64,000 bases of DNA. Origin: Macrostomum lignano. Lineage: Eukaryota. The stretch lies in the NCBI GenBank assembly GCA_002269645.1, contig NIVC01003323.1:40177-104176 (forward strand), written 5' to 3'. Below are positions 41,801-54,600 of this stretch, one piece after another. The notes beneath the pieces were generated by a model. It was not told where the DNA came from. It worked only from the letters and a program-made list of their open reading frames with translations, and did not search any database. Numbering within the stretch: position 1 is the stretch's first letter; every line of letters begins with the position of its first letter. The position numbers were made by a program, and so were the translations under genes.

Positions 41801-44396
41801 TGGCTTTCAGTCTCCTCAGCATCAGTTATCTCAGTCTCCTCGGCAGCTTCAACCGTTGAATCAGCACCAGTCTGTGAGTGCAGTATGGATAAAAAGGTTT
41901 AAAAGGCCTTTTCCAGCTCACGCCACCACTACATTCTCTCTCCGCTAGATGTAGCGGACGCCTCAATGTACACTCGCTAGCCCCCGCCCACGCCTCATTG
42001 TACACTTGCTAGCCCCCGCCCACGCCTCAATGTACACTTGCTCGCCCACGCCCCAATCTACACTCGCTAGCCCCCGCCCACGCCTCAATGTACACTCGCT
42101 AGCCCCCGCCCACGCCTCAATGTACACTCGCTAGCCCCCGCCCACGCCTCAATGTACACTCGCTAGCCCCGCCCACGCCTCAATGTACACTCGCTAGCCC
42201 CCGCCCACGCCTCAATGTACACTTGCTAGCCCCCGCCCACGCCTCAATGTACACTTGCTCGCCCACGCCCCAATCTACACTCGCTAGCCCCCGCCCACGC
42301 CTCAATGTACACTCGCTAGCCCCCGCCCACGCCTCAATGTACACTCGCTAGCCCCCGCCCACGCCTCAATGTACACTCGCTAGCCCCGCCCACGCCTCAA
42401 TGTACACTCGCTAGCCCCCGCCCACGCCTCAATGTACACTCGCTAGCCCCCGCCCACGCCTCAATGTACACTTGCTCGCCCACGCCCCAATCTACACTCG
42501 CTAGCCCCCGCCCACGCCTCAATGTACACTCGCTAGCCCCCGCCCACGCCTCAATGTACACTCGCTAGCCCCCGCCCACGCCTCAATGTACACTCGCTAG
42601 CCCCGCCCACGCCTCAATGTACACTCGCTAGCCCCCGCCCACGCCTCAATGTACACTTGCTAGCCCCCGCCCACGCCTCAATGTACACTTGCTCGCCCAC
42701 GCCCCAATCTACACTCGCTAGCCCCCGCCCACGCCTCAATGTACACTCGCTAGCCCCGCCCACGCCTCAATGTACACTCGCTAGCCCCCGCCCACGCCTC
42801 AATGTACACTCGCTAGCCCCGCCCACGCCTCAATGTACACTCGCTAGCCCCCGCCCACGCCTCAATGTACACTCGCTAGCCCCCGCCCACGCCTCAATGT
42901 ACACTTGCTAGCCCCCGCCCACGCCTCAATGTACACTTGCTAGCCCCCGCCCACGCCTCAATGTACACTCGCTAGCCCCCGCCCACGCCTCAATGTACAC
43001 TTGATAGCCCCCGCCCACGCCTCAATGTACACTCGCTAGCCCCCGCCCACGCCTCAATGTACACTTGATAGCCCTCCGCCCACGCCTCAATGTACACTCG
43101 CTCTCATTAAATCTTCAGAGCGGCACTGCGGCCTCGTTTTTACCAATTTACTTTCCGTCAAACCCACCGCCGACGCCGCCGCAACAGCAGCATCAGCAGC
43201 ACAATTTGCAGTTTGACCGCCCGCGGCCTTCGTTGCCAAACTGCGGCCAGAAGTTACCACCTATGCACATGCCGCCGCCTCCGCTCCCGCCAGTGCACTG
43301 CCCGCCGCCCCCGCTAGCAAGTCAGCAGCAGCGACATGCAGGCCATCTTCCAGGACAGCCAGGCCAGCATACAGGCCAACAACCAGGCCAACAGCCAGGT
43401 CAACATCCAGGCCATCAACCAGGTCAACAGCCAGGCCAGTATCCAGGCCAGCATACAGGCCAACATCCAGGCCATCAGCCAGGTCAACAGCCAGGCAAAC
43501 ATCCGAGCAAGCAACATTCTGCCCAGCATCAAGGCCAACATCCAGGCCAGCATTCAGGCCAACAACCAGGCCAACAGCCAGGTCAACATCCAGACCATCA
43601 ACCAGGTCAACATCCAGGCCAGCATCCAGGCCAACATCCAGGCCAGAATTCAGGCCAGTATCCAGGCCAGAATCCAGGCCAGCATACAGGCCAACATCCA
43701 GGCCATCAGCCAGGTCAACAGCCAGGCAAACATCCGAGCAAGCAACATTCTGCCCAGCATCAAGGCCAACATCCAGGCCAGCATCCAGGCCGACATCCAG
43801 GCCAATATCCAGGCCAGCATCCAGGCCAGCATCCAGGCCAACATCCAGGCCAATATCCAGGCCAGCAACCAGGCCAGCATCCAGGCCAGCATCCAGGCCA
43901 ACATCCAGGCCAATATCCAGGCCAGCAACCAGGCCAGCATCCAGGCCAACATCCAGGTCAGCATCCAGGCCAATATCCAGGCCAGCAACCAGGCCAGCAT
44001 CCAGGCCAACATCCAGGTCAGTATCCAGGCCAACATCTAGGTCAGCATCCAGGCCAACATCCAGGTCAGCATCCAGGTCAGCATCCAGGCCATCAGCCAG
44101 GTCAGCATCCAGGCGAACATCCAGGTCAGCATCCAGGTCAGCATCCAGGCCATCAGCCAGGTCAACAGCCAGGCCAACATCCGAGCAAGCAACATTCTGC
44201 CCAATATCCTGGCCAACATCCCGGCCAACGCCAAGGTCTACGACATCCGGGAAAGCTGCATACCGGACAATACCCTGGTCAACACTCGCGACATCCAGGT
44301 CAAAGACATCCAGGGCCAGTCCAAAATACGGGCCAACACCCGGGTCAGTACAGAGGTGGATTCGGTGGCAGCGTCACTTTTGGTCCTCAGTTTTAA
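38822..44396 (+). CDS. PRRC2: PRRC2/BAT2 (nocte)-like protein; first exon not located
   Basis: HGLQSLGRV (BAT2_N-like), [37 protein letters not shown]. Clean exons at 38822-, 41082-, 41521-41622, 41709-41873 and 43119-44396 (stop). The segment 39207-39850 needs two introns or carries a stop plus two frameshifts. Confidence 0.75.
39865..40330 (+). repeat. Coding 21-bp repeat (HQESQPH)n
   Basis: CACCAAGAAAGCCAGCCTCAT units; all length variants are multiples of 3. Confidence 0.9.
40719..41010 (+). repeat. 69-bp tandem repeat (about 4 copies) spanning a splice donor
   Basis: GAGATTTACA(G/A)GTTATTATTGGGG... units; CAG|GT sites at 40729 and 41005 are 276 = 4 x 69 bp apart. Confidence 0.92.
41960..43100. 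repeat. Intronic 32-bp minisatellite AATGTACACTCGCTAGCCCCCGCCCACGCCTC with a 217-bp higher-order period
   Basis: Variant CCCCAATCTA recurs at 42051, 42268, 42485 and 42702. Confidence 0.96.
43330..44230 (+). repeat. Coding 12-bp repeat ([12 protein letters not shown])n in the last exon
   Basis: CATCCAGGCCAG-type units; the frame is fixed by the acceptor at 43118/43119. Confidence 0.92.
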
Positions 44397-45189
44397 TCGT
44401 ATTTACATGTATTATTATATTTATCCGAATTGGGCTACTGTTAGTAATTAAGCTTAGAATTTTTAATTATTCGACTTTACCCGCCGTTGTCGCTTCAATT
44501 CACAGCAATGCTTTTTAAGTATGATAGTAGTATTTTTAGTGGGCGATTTTTATTTATATTTAGTATTTTTATATTGTATTCATCTGAACAGCAAGTTTAC
44601 CACTGTCCAAGTTTTATCTGCACTCAGTCAAATAAACATTTTATGGTTATGTTTTATAATCTGGCAGCTTAAAAGGCCCCCATGCTTTTCGTATGGTGCG
44701 GGTTCTTTCACAGCAGCTGGCTCAGTTTATGCGTGGCCAAGGTAAACACCCAGGTTGCTAATGGGCCTAGCTGATGATTGTATTAGTCAAGTTTGTCTGC
44801 AATATATTTGTAAATAATTAAATATATGCTTATATCTGCTTCTATATGAATAGTCATACTTGTATAGTACGTTTTTATCATTTTACAAGTAATCATAATT
44901 TTATACATTTTCTCACTGCTTCAGCTAAGAAGCATTTTGTATTTCTGTACATAAATATAAGCGCGCGAGTTCAGGTTGCTTTCATTGTATAATTTTTTTA
45001 TACGGCAACAAATTTTATGCAAATATTTAATGTTTCTAAACATGTTTATTTTTTTTTAAAACTATTGTTTTAGCTACAGATAACAATTATGTAGATACAG
45101 CTGTCTTTTGGGCGAACAACTCCGTGAGGTAATTCACATTTGTATTGTATGCCAACAATATTGTATTATACCATATTGTATTGTATGTT

Positions 45190-45650
45190 GTCTTCCATTG
45201 TCTGCCCATTGAGTGTCTGTCCTATGAGTGTCTGTCCGCTGGAGTGTCTGCCCACTGAGTGTCTGTCCAGGAGTGTCTGTCCGCTAGAGTGTCTGCCCAC
45301 TGAGTGTCTGTACACTGAATGTCTGTCCACTGAGTTTCTCTCCAGGAGTGTCTGTCCGCTGGAGTGTCTGCCCACTGAGTGTCTGTCCACTGAGTGTCTG
45401 TCCATTGAGTGTCTGTCCATTGAGTGTCTGTCCATTGAGTGTCTGTCCACTGGAGTGTCTGCCCATTGAGTGTCTGTCCTATGAGTGTCTGTTCACTGAA
45501 TGTCTGTCCACTGAGTGTCTGTCCACTGGAGTGTCTGTCCACTGAGTGTCTGTCCATGAGTTTCTGTCCACTGAGTGTATGTCCAGGAGTTTTTGTCCAT
45601 AAGTCTCTGTCCATGAGTGTCTGTCTGTCTATGAGTGTCTGCCCACTATC
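45190..45650. repeat. Minisatellite, ~15-16-bp unit CTGAGTGTCTGTCCA
   Basis: Read directly; lies just 3' of the KASH-like stop. Confidence 0.93.
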
Positions 45651-45678
45651 TGCCGCGAGTCTCCTGAGCGTGTCCGCA

Positions 45679-48600
45679 TCAGACGGGCGCCCCGTTGGGC
45701 CAGGACCACTGTCCGAAGCTCGACTCCAGCTGTGGCAGCAGCCCAAATCTGCCATGGCAGCGGCCGCGAATGCCGACAGTCGGCAGCAGGTAGACGGCAG
45801 TCATTGAGGCCAGCAGAAGCAGCAGCAGGCCCGCCGCCACTGCTGCTGCACTTTGTTGATGCCATCGACTGTGCGTTGCCATAACGATCAGATTGTTGTG
45901 TGGTTTTGATTTTGAGTTACGCTGCGGGCGTCTGCTGCTCCGCTGGCCTGCTACTCGTAGCTGGTTGGCCGCGGCCGACACCGCATCCACGCGCGTCTCC
46001 ATAGCAACACGGCCGGCGTCGGTGAGGCGGTGCACGTTGGCTCGAAGCAGATTGCAGCAGCGGGCAACCCTGGCAGTCAGGATCTCTGCCGCCTGCGAGA
46101 CCGATTCGATCGTAAAGTCTATTGTCTCAGTCTGTCATGAATTCAATTTGTCAAGAAATCAGGGGAGGTAATCCAAATTTGAGTGACAAGTAAAACCGTA
46201 AATCTGATGAGAACAGGTTGACCATGGTACGCCATGAGAGTCTGACCAGTACACCTGAGACAATAGTCTGACTGGTGCATCTGATAAGAGTCTGACCAGT
46301 ACACCTGAGACAATAGTCTGACTGGTGCATCTGATAAAAGAGTCTGACCAGTACACCTGAGACAATAGTCTGACTGGTGCATCTGATAAGAGTCTGACCA
46401 GTACACCTGAGACAATAGTCTGACCGGTGCATCTGATAAGAAGAGTCTGACAAGTACGTCTGATAAGAGGCTGACAAATCAACCTGAGTCTGACAGATCT
46501 GTTAAATATTGCACCTACAGGAGAGTCGGAAAAATGAGCCGTCAAATCAAAGAAAAGCTTAATCTTATAGAGATTGATAGTTGATCAATAATTATCACCT
46601 GTAAATCGTCTCCAAGACCCGACTTGAAGGCCCTCGTCGCATCCTGCTCACACTGGCTGATCAGGGATTCGAGTTCGGTCAGTTCGTTCAGCGCTGCTTG
46701 AGCACTGTGTTGTCTATCCAAGTAGCTGGATATAGAGGTTGAATTAAAGACATTGTATTGTTTTTTTGAAATCCTACGGTCTTTCATCCGCTAAATAAAT
46801 TTAGTCAAATTCTATTTGCACTTTTCTGCCACGCTTCGGAAAGAGATTTGCGGCCTGAAACGCTTCGAAAAAATCCACGGCTATGGGTTGGTTGGGGCTT
46901 CCTTCCTTCCTTCCGCAGCCATCAGACTTGCACCAAAATTCAATTGAGAATTCAGCTTCCTTCTACTGAGGATTTTTGCTTCCTGAGCACGCACGTTTGC
47001 TCTCTGTACTCTACGATCTCCCCCCATTCTGTCTCCTCATCTTAGTCGCTATTCTAGTCTCTGTGTCTCATTAAAATTGTCCTGCATTCCATGGTGAAAT
47101 ACGAGTATATAGACACAACTCAGCTCTTAAAGGTGGCAAGTGTGATAGATAAAATTTTAGTACATGTGGACTAGCACAATGGGCCCCCTTCGGGGGGGGG
47201 GGGCTGAAAAATTCTAAAAGCCATATCTACGAGTTATTTCAAAGTTTCATCACTGCGTAAAATATGACTAGGAATACATAGGTACAGTGTACGAGTATGC
47301 TATAAGCGCTGTGACTCATTTTAAGCTAGAAATGCGTTTTTAAATTCGTGGGACAATATGACAGTTGCTGGTACATGTACCTGTAGGTGACAGTAGCTCC
47401 CACTGTCTCATTACCACACTGGGTGTCCCTCAAAGCACTCACCGTCTCCGGTCGCTCTGAAACCAGCGCCTCATCAAATCTAGGCTGTCCAGCTTCTCCT
47501 TAACGCGTCTCCGCTGTCTCCGCTGCTGCCCACTGGCAGACGCGCTCGTCGGCAGCCGCGCCGCCTCAACCAGCCGGGTCCGCAGGCCGCCCAGACCGGC
47601 CAGCCATCGCCGCAACTGGGCGTCGAGTTCGCCCATTTGACGAGCATCTTCGGCGGCCTCGTCGGCTGTCGAGTACCGTCGGCAATCGGCGACGATATCG
47701 ATATCGATTGCCTGTTTTTCGGCGACGGCTAGAGCGGCTTCTGTGATCTGGCGCAGGCGTCTGTCGACCTCCGCAGTCAGAAGGCTACGGGCCAGCCGGT
47801 CCCATCGACGTAGCAGATCGGCAGGTAGGCGGCGCCGCGTCGCTCCAGTCAGTAGCATCGGGAAGCTCGACAAGCCGTCGTCCTCCTCCTCCGCCGCCAC
47901 CGACACATCAGCTGGGCCGACAGCGTCTTTGACGCCCCTTACTGCCGGTGCCGCAGCCGCCGCCTCCTCGTCCAGACGGAGTCTGCGAAGACGACGCCGA
48001 CCCTCGGACAGTTTGGTGGCCAGCTCGGCCACCTCCGGCCAGTTGCGACTCCGGGCTGGATCAAGCAGCTGCTGGTGCTGAAGCTGCTGGTGCTGTTGCT
48101 TTCTTTGCCTTCGAGTCGTTGATGACAATGATGATGGAAGCTGCGGTTTGTTGGCATTGAAAAAATAAGCTGATTCTTGTCGACTGGAATCCAGAGCTTA
48201 AATATTTTGTCTGACCCTATGGCCCGGATATATGACAGCTAGATCTATCTGGCAAGTTACGTCTGACAAGATTCCAAATCTGACAGGTTCTGTCTGACAA
48301 GATTCCAAATCTGACAGGTTCTGTCTGACAAGATTCCAAATCTGACAGGTTTTATCTGACAGTATTTTAAATCTGACAGGTTCTGTCTGACAAGATTCCA
48401 AGTCTGACAGGTTCTGTCTGACAAGATTACAAATCTGACAGGTTCTGTCTGACAAGATTCCAAATCTGACAGGTTCTGTCTGACAAGATTCCAAATCTGA
48501 CAGGTTCTGTCTGACAGTATTTTAAATCTGACAGGTTCTGTCTGACAAGATTCCAAGTCTGACAGGTTCTGTCTGACAAGATTACAAATCTGACAGGTTC

Positions 48601-51600
48601 TGTCTGACAAGATTCCAAATCTGACAGGTTCTGTCTGACAAGATTCCAAATCTGACAGGTTCTGTCTGACAAGATTCCAAATCTGACAGGTTCTGTCTGA
48701 CACCAAAGCATTACTCGAATGAACTCACCGACATCGCTGCCTCCAGCCTTCGACTGAGCGGCCGCGTCGACTGCAGCTGAGCAGCGAGCAGACCGTCCTC
48801 CCTCCAGTCCTCATCAATCGTGGGATTTCCTTCCCACGCGTCGTCCGACTCTGAGTACGGATCCGGCAGGCTGCTGTAATCCCACAGCTGTTCGAGATCG
48901 AACCACCGATCCTCTGCAGGTTGGTTGACACCGCTGCTGCTGCTGCCGCCACTGCTGCTGCTGCCGCCACTGCTGCTGCTGCTGCTCGACAGACTGTCGC
49001 TGCCTTCCAGGCCTTCGATTGATAGGGATTTTAGTAAAGGAACATCGGTTCAATACCCACCGCTTGCTCTACTCGCATACTGGAATGCCATCCCCCCACT
49101 GGAATCCCATCGCCACACTGCAATCCCATCTGTACTGTAGAAATGAAAAGACCGATGGTCCGCCAAACTATTTTGGAGCTGAGGCTCAAGCGAGACGCTA
49201 ACAAAACGAAAAGCGTAAACCGTACACAGGGCTAATAAGCCCTCTCGATGATATATTTATTGCAGTCAGTCAGAATCAGCCAGCGTGGAGGGGGGTGGGT
49301 GAGATGGGCCTGGGCTAAATCAGCGTACATAGAAAATTGAATAATAAACACGTACATTAAATCACGCAGTGGAATTGGAAAGAAAATCAATGCTACTAAT
49401 CTACCTCCCAAACATACCCCCCACCTTGGCATAACAATGACAAAAACTATTCGAGGGATGAAACAATGAAAACGAATACGGTAATAGGAAAATATTCGAA
49501 AACGATGCGTGATACAAAATCGAACTCAAAAAGCAAAAAAACAACGTTGCATGAAACATTGATGGCGACATTGTGAATGGTAGAAAAATAGAGCAAAAGG
49601 TGAAGATAAGTACGCAGATCGTAGATGACAATCGAAAATTTTGCAGAAGTACGTCAGCTATCATATAAAATTTCAAAATTGAACACGAACGCAGACTTCC
49701 GCCACCAAACGCAACTGAAACAAAAACTGAAACAACAATTGTAAGCATTGGGCTATCAAAAGGTCGGAACTGGCGCATAAACTATGGTACTTCTAAGCGC
49801 AGAAAATCAAGCAATATTAAGTAGAGCTCAAATAATGCAAACATCGCTCGTAAAAAACTCAAAAAACGCAAAAGACAAACTTGCCGACAAATTCACTAAA
49901 CCGTAACGACTGCTATTCAGCAAAAATTCACGCAAGAAAATAAATAGCTAAATAATGAATGTTAATCGCGTTGAACACTGAAAGCGAAAATTGGGTTAAG
50001 ACGGCAAAAACAGGGTGATTCCTATTAGCATGAAAGGGAAAGAAGACTTTACGAACAATGCAACAAACAGGAAAATTGAACAACTCATCAGAAAAATTGC
50101 GAAACCTGACAAAGTCTAATTCTCTAGCAAAGGTTCGCAAACTAACCTGCAGATATTGGACACAACTTTGTTATTGGTCTCGTCATTGTGCGATCACCGA
50201 CTCTGATTGAGGCGACTCTCACGTGACCGTCCGAACCGCGCATGACCTCCAGCACGCGAGCCAGCGGCCAGTGACCCCGAGGCGAGTCCGGGCTCACCAG
50301 CAGCGCCACGTCTCCAGGTTGTAGGTCAGGCAGCTCGCGGCGCCACTTGCTCCGCGGTGCGAGTCCCGGCAGCCACTCGCGCAACCACCGGCGCCAGATC
50401 TGCGACACCAGCTGCTGGACGTGACGCCATCTTCTTGAAGGACTGCGGGCGATGGCAGCGTCGACCTCCGGTGCAAACTTCCCGCCGACTTGCCCGATGA
50501 GGAAGTGATTCGGCGTCAGCGGCACATCATCACTCGGATGCGCCGTCTGGTACGTCAACGGCCTTGAATTCAGAAGTGCCTCCGCTCCAGCAAACGCGCT
50601 TAGCAGCTCCTCATCCGTGACGTCCGCCTCCTTCAGAATTGCCCAGATTGCCTTCTTCGCTGCTTTGATCATGATTTCGTGCACCCCACCGAAGTGCGGC
50701 GCAGCGGGCGGGTTGAAATGCCATCGCAACTGCTGAGAAGCCGTTCGCTGTTGAAGCTTCTGGGTATCCAAGACGTCGACTAGTTCTCGAAGCTCGCGCG
50801 CCGCACCGACGAAGTTCGTGCCGTTGTCCGAGAACAGCTCGATCGGTTGGCCTCGTCGACTGATCATCCGCTGTAGAGTCCGTAGGAAGGAATCGGTATC
50901 CATGCCGAATGCCACTTCCAGATGTACAGCTCGCGTTGCCAAGCAGGTGAACAATGCCAGGTACCTTTTCTGCCGAGCCTTGCCACGGCCCTGCTTAGTG
51001 ATGAATGGACCGGCAAAGTCGACAGCGACACGAGCGAAGGCACGAAGCGGCTCCTTGAATCGGCAAGCGGGCAAGGGGGCCATAATCTGGCTGGCTGGTC
51101 TGGCTTTCCGTCGGCGACATTCGGCGCACTTTGCTTCCCAAGACTTAATGGCTTCTCTGGCCGAGACGATCCAAAATCGGTTTGACAGTGCCACCAGAGT
51201 TTGGTTTGTGCCTAGATGTTGGACACTTTCGTGGTGATGCTTCACGATGAGCTCCGTCACGCGGTGTGATCGTGGCAGAATGATAGGAAATCGAGTGCTA
51301 AACGGTAGCACATCGGCGAACTTTAGTCTCCCATCAGCGCGAAGCAGGTCGTTGACGTCGAGCTTCGGGTTCAAGTTAGAAATCACACTGCGTCCCGGCA
51401 ACTGCTTTCCTGCTCGCAGACAAGCGATCTCTTCCGCAAACGTTTCTTGCTGGGCTCTCTGGATGATCTTCGATTCAGCTGCTTCAATCTCTGCTGGTGA
51501 TAGCTCGCCAGTATCTCGGTGCTCCTTCATCAAACGGCAGTTGTTAGCGAACCTGGCCACCCAAGCGTGAACACGGACAGCTCTGATCCAGCTGGAGAAG

Positions 51601-54600
51601 CGCTCTGGCTCCAGTCGATGATTGCGCTCTAGCACATCGGTGACATACGTTCTCTGGCTCTCACCGGCCGGCGACTGATCCTCGCATCTGCGTCTCTCTT
51701 CCACCTGCTCAGGAACCTGCACTTTGTTCTTTGGCCAATTCTCTGCCTCTTCTAAGAGAAACTGAGGTCCATGCCACCACAACTGGCTAGCCGCCACTGC
51801 CTTGATCGATAGTCCTCGAGAGAGCAGATCTGCTGGATTCTTTTCCGTCGAAACATATCTCCACTGGTTCGGCTCTGTTGAAGCTTGGATCTCGCCCACT
51901 CGAGAGGAGACAAACGGCTTGAACATTTTTCCTCGGCCACGAATCCAGTACAACACGTTTAAGCTGTCAGACCAAAAAACTGCGTCACGAAGCGGCACTT
52001 GCAATGACTGCGCGACTTTGCTTGCGAGTTGGACTCCCAGAACTGCTGCCATCAGCTCCAACCTCGGTGTACTCATGGTTGTGATTGGAGCTACTCGAGT
52101 CTTCGAGATGATAAGTCGAACGGAACGTTCACTGTCAGTTGCCGTTTCACTTCTCCAGTAGCATACAGCTCCGTAAGCTTTCTCGGATGCGTCAACGAAC
52201 ACGTGCACACTACCCGACAGGGAATTTTCTCCTTCAAGCGCCCTGGAAAGCCGAATCTCGCTTAAATGCTTCAGGTCAATGCACCAGGCGCTCACTTTTG
52301 CACTAAGTTCTGCATTCAGCGGTTCATCCCAATCAAGACCTGTCTGCCAAAGCTCCTGCATCAGAATCTTCGCCTGCACGACAAATGGAGAGATCAGTCC
52401 AAGTGGATCAAAGACGCTCGCTAGCTTCTTCAGCAGACCTCTTTTTGTGGTCACCTGACGCGACTTGTTTTCATCTTTAAAGGTAAATTCGTCCTGCTCA
52501 CTCTGCCACGTGACACCCAGTGTCTTGGTGCTTGGTAGTTCTTTGCTGTCCAAGGTAACTTCGGCTGCACGGTCTTCAGGTGGGATTCTATCGAGCACAG
52601 CTCTCGAGTTCGAGACCCACTTGCGCGCGTGCATGCCGGCGCGCCTCCAGAGCTCACTGAGTTGATCGTACAGCCTGCAGGCGGCTGCCTCGGTGGGCGC
52701 AGAGTCCAGGCTGTCATCCATATAGGTAGAGTGCAGTACTGTCTCGGCCGCCTCTGGAAGCTCACCTTTTGACTTTTCAGCATGGCAGCGGGTAACGAAC
52801 TGTGCCAAGAACGGAGAGCTGGTGACGCCGAACACCACTCTGTTGAACTCGTAGACATCCGGCTGCTTTGAAGGATCGGCGTCCCGCCAAAGGAAACTGT
52901 GCAGCGGCCTGTCCTTCGGGTCCATCTCGATCTGGAGATACATTTCCGCTACGTCGCATGCGATCGCAATCGGGTGTCGGCGGAACCGAAGCAGCACGTC
53001 AACCAAATCCCTCTGCAGTTTGGGGCCCTGGAGGATCTGGTCGTTCAATCTGGCAGCCGATGCATCAAAGACTATTCGCACTTTTGTCGTAGCCTTGTCT
53101 GGCCGCAGCACTGGGAAGTGCGGCAGGAAACAGCGGCCTTCAGTCTCAGCTTGCGACACTTTTCGGATATAACCTTGCTGTTCATACTTTTCAAGGATCT
53201 CCTGATACTGCTTGCAGACGTTCATATCCTTAATCAGCCGCTGTTCGGTGTTCTTTAGTCGCTTCAAGGCCATTGAGAAAGTGCCTGCTGGAGCCAGCCG
53301 ATCCTTTTTCCATGGAATCCCGATCTGGTAACGGCCCTTCGTGTACTTTAGCGACGACTTGGCTTGCTGGACGGCTCTCTCCTCATCGGCGGTCAGCGGA
53401 CTTCGATTGGCACCTTCTGAGACGTTCTCGATCTCCCAAAACTGCCGCAGGATCTTAGCCACCTGACCAGATTCGGAATCGCAGCTGAAGAAAGTGGCAG
53501 CAAAATGGGCGTTCTGCATCTCAGAATTGTCCTGCTCTGTGCGACCGATGCACGTCCAACCCAGGGGAGTCAGGCGCGCCTTTGGCTCCAGCGGCTGTCC
53601 GACGATTTCTTTGAGAGACACGTGAAGATCCGGGTGATCAGCACCAATCAGCAAGTCCACTACTGCAGGCTCACACAGCTTCGGAAACGGCACATTTCTC
53701 AGATGAGGCCACTGCTGCGCTTCTTCGTGCCAGTCGACGCCTTTGAGGGACCCAGTCACGTGATCAGCGGTGAAGGCGACGATCATTGAGCTGGTCTGAC
53801 CATCCAGACTTTCCAAGCTAAAGCAGACTGGGGCTGTCATGAAGGTCTCTGTTTGGCCATTGATGACTCCGACTTTCACCTTTTCGAGCGCTCCATGCAC
53901 TCCAAGCGCTTCTGCTATCCCGATGTTGACGTAGCTCCTGGTACTGGCATCGTCGAGCAAGGCATTCACCTTCAGCTTCCGGGACCCGTTCCGTAGGACT
54001 ACAGGTACCGTTCGTAGCGAGATTGCCGTTTCACCAGCCGACAGAAGCGTCACCGGTCCAGTCTTTCCTGAACTGGAAGCGGATTTAGCGTCCTTGGATG
54101 CAGTCTGCTTCGCTTCACCAGACTTGGCCAACACTTTTTCTGCATGAAGCAGGCGATGATGGAACTTTGTGCAGCTGCTGATGCCGCACCGACGACCACG
54201 CCGACATTGGCTACCAAGATGTCCTTGGCCCAAGCACCGGAAACAACACTTCGAGCTCTGCGCCGCGTCCCAGCGTTTTTCCACCGGAAGCTCCTTGAAC
54301 TCACTGCAGGACCACAGCTCGTGATCACCTTGACAAACAATGCAAATCTTTCGCTGTACCTTCTTGTCACTGTCCGTAGTAACGAAAGTCTTTGGTCGCT
54401 GCTCTCGCTTTTGACGCTCCTGCTGCATGGTGGCAACGCCCTGCACAATCTCTGACGCTTCAGTCTGAAACTCTGCTTCTTGCAGCACCCAAATTCTCAG
54501 ATTTCTAACACTCTCCGGCTTCCGCTGCTCAAAGATCCACCTCCGGTAGCTGGCAACCATCTGCTCAGGCAACTTTTTCTGCAGCCTCACATACAACATC

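Noticed and set aside
43314-44234. Alternative-frame ORFs (IQAS, MLAW repeats)
   Set aside because: The 12-bp repeat is open in several frames; splice phase selects HPGQ.
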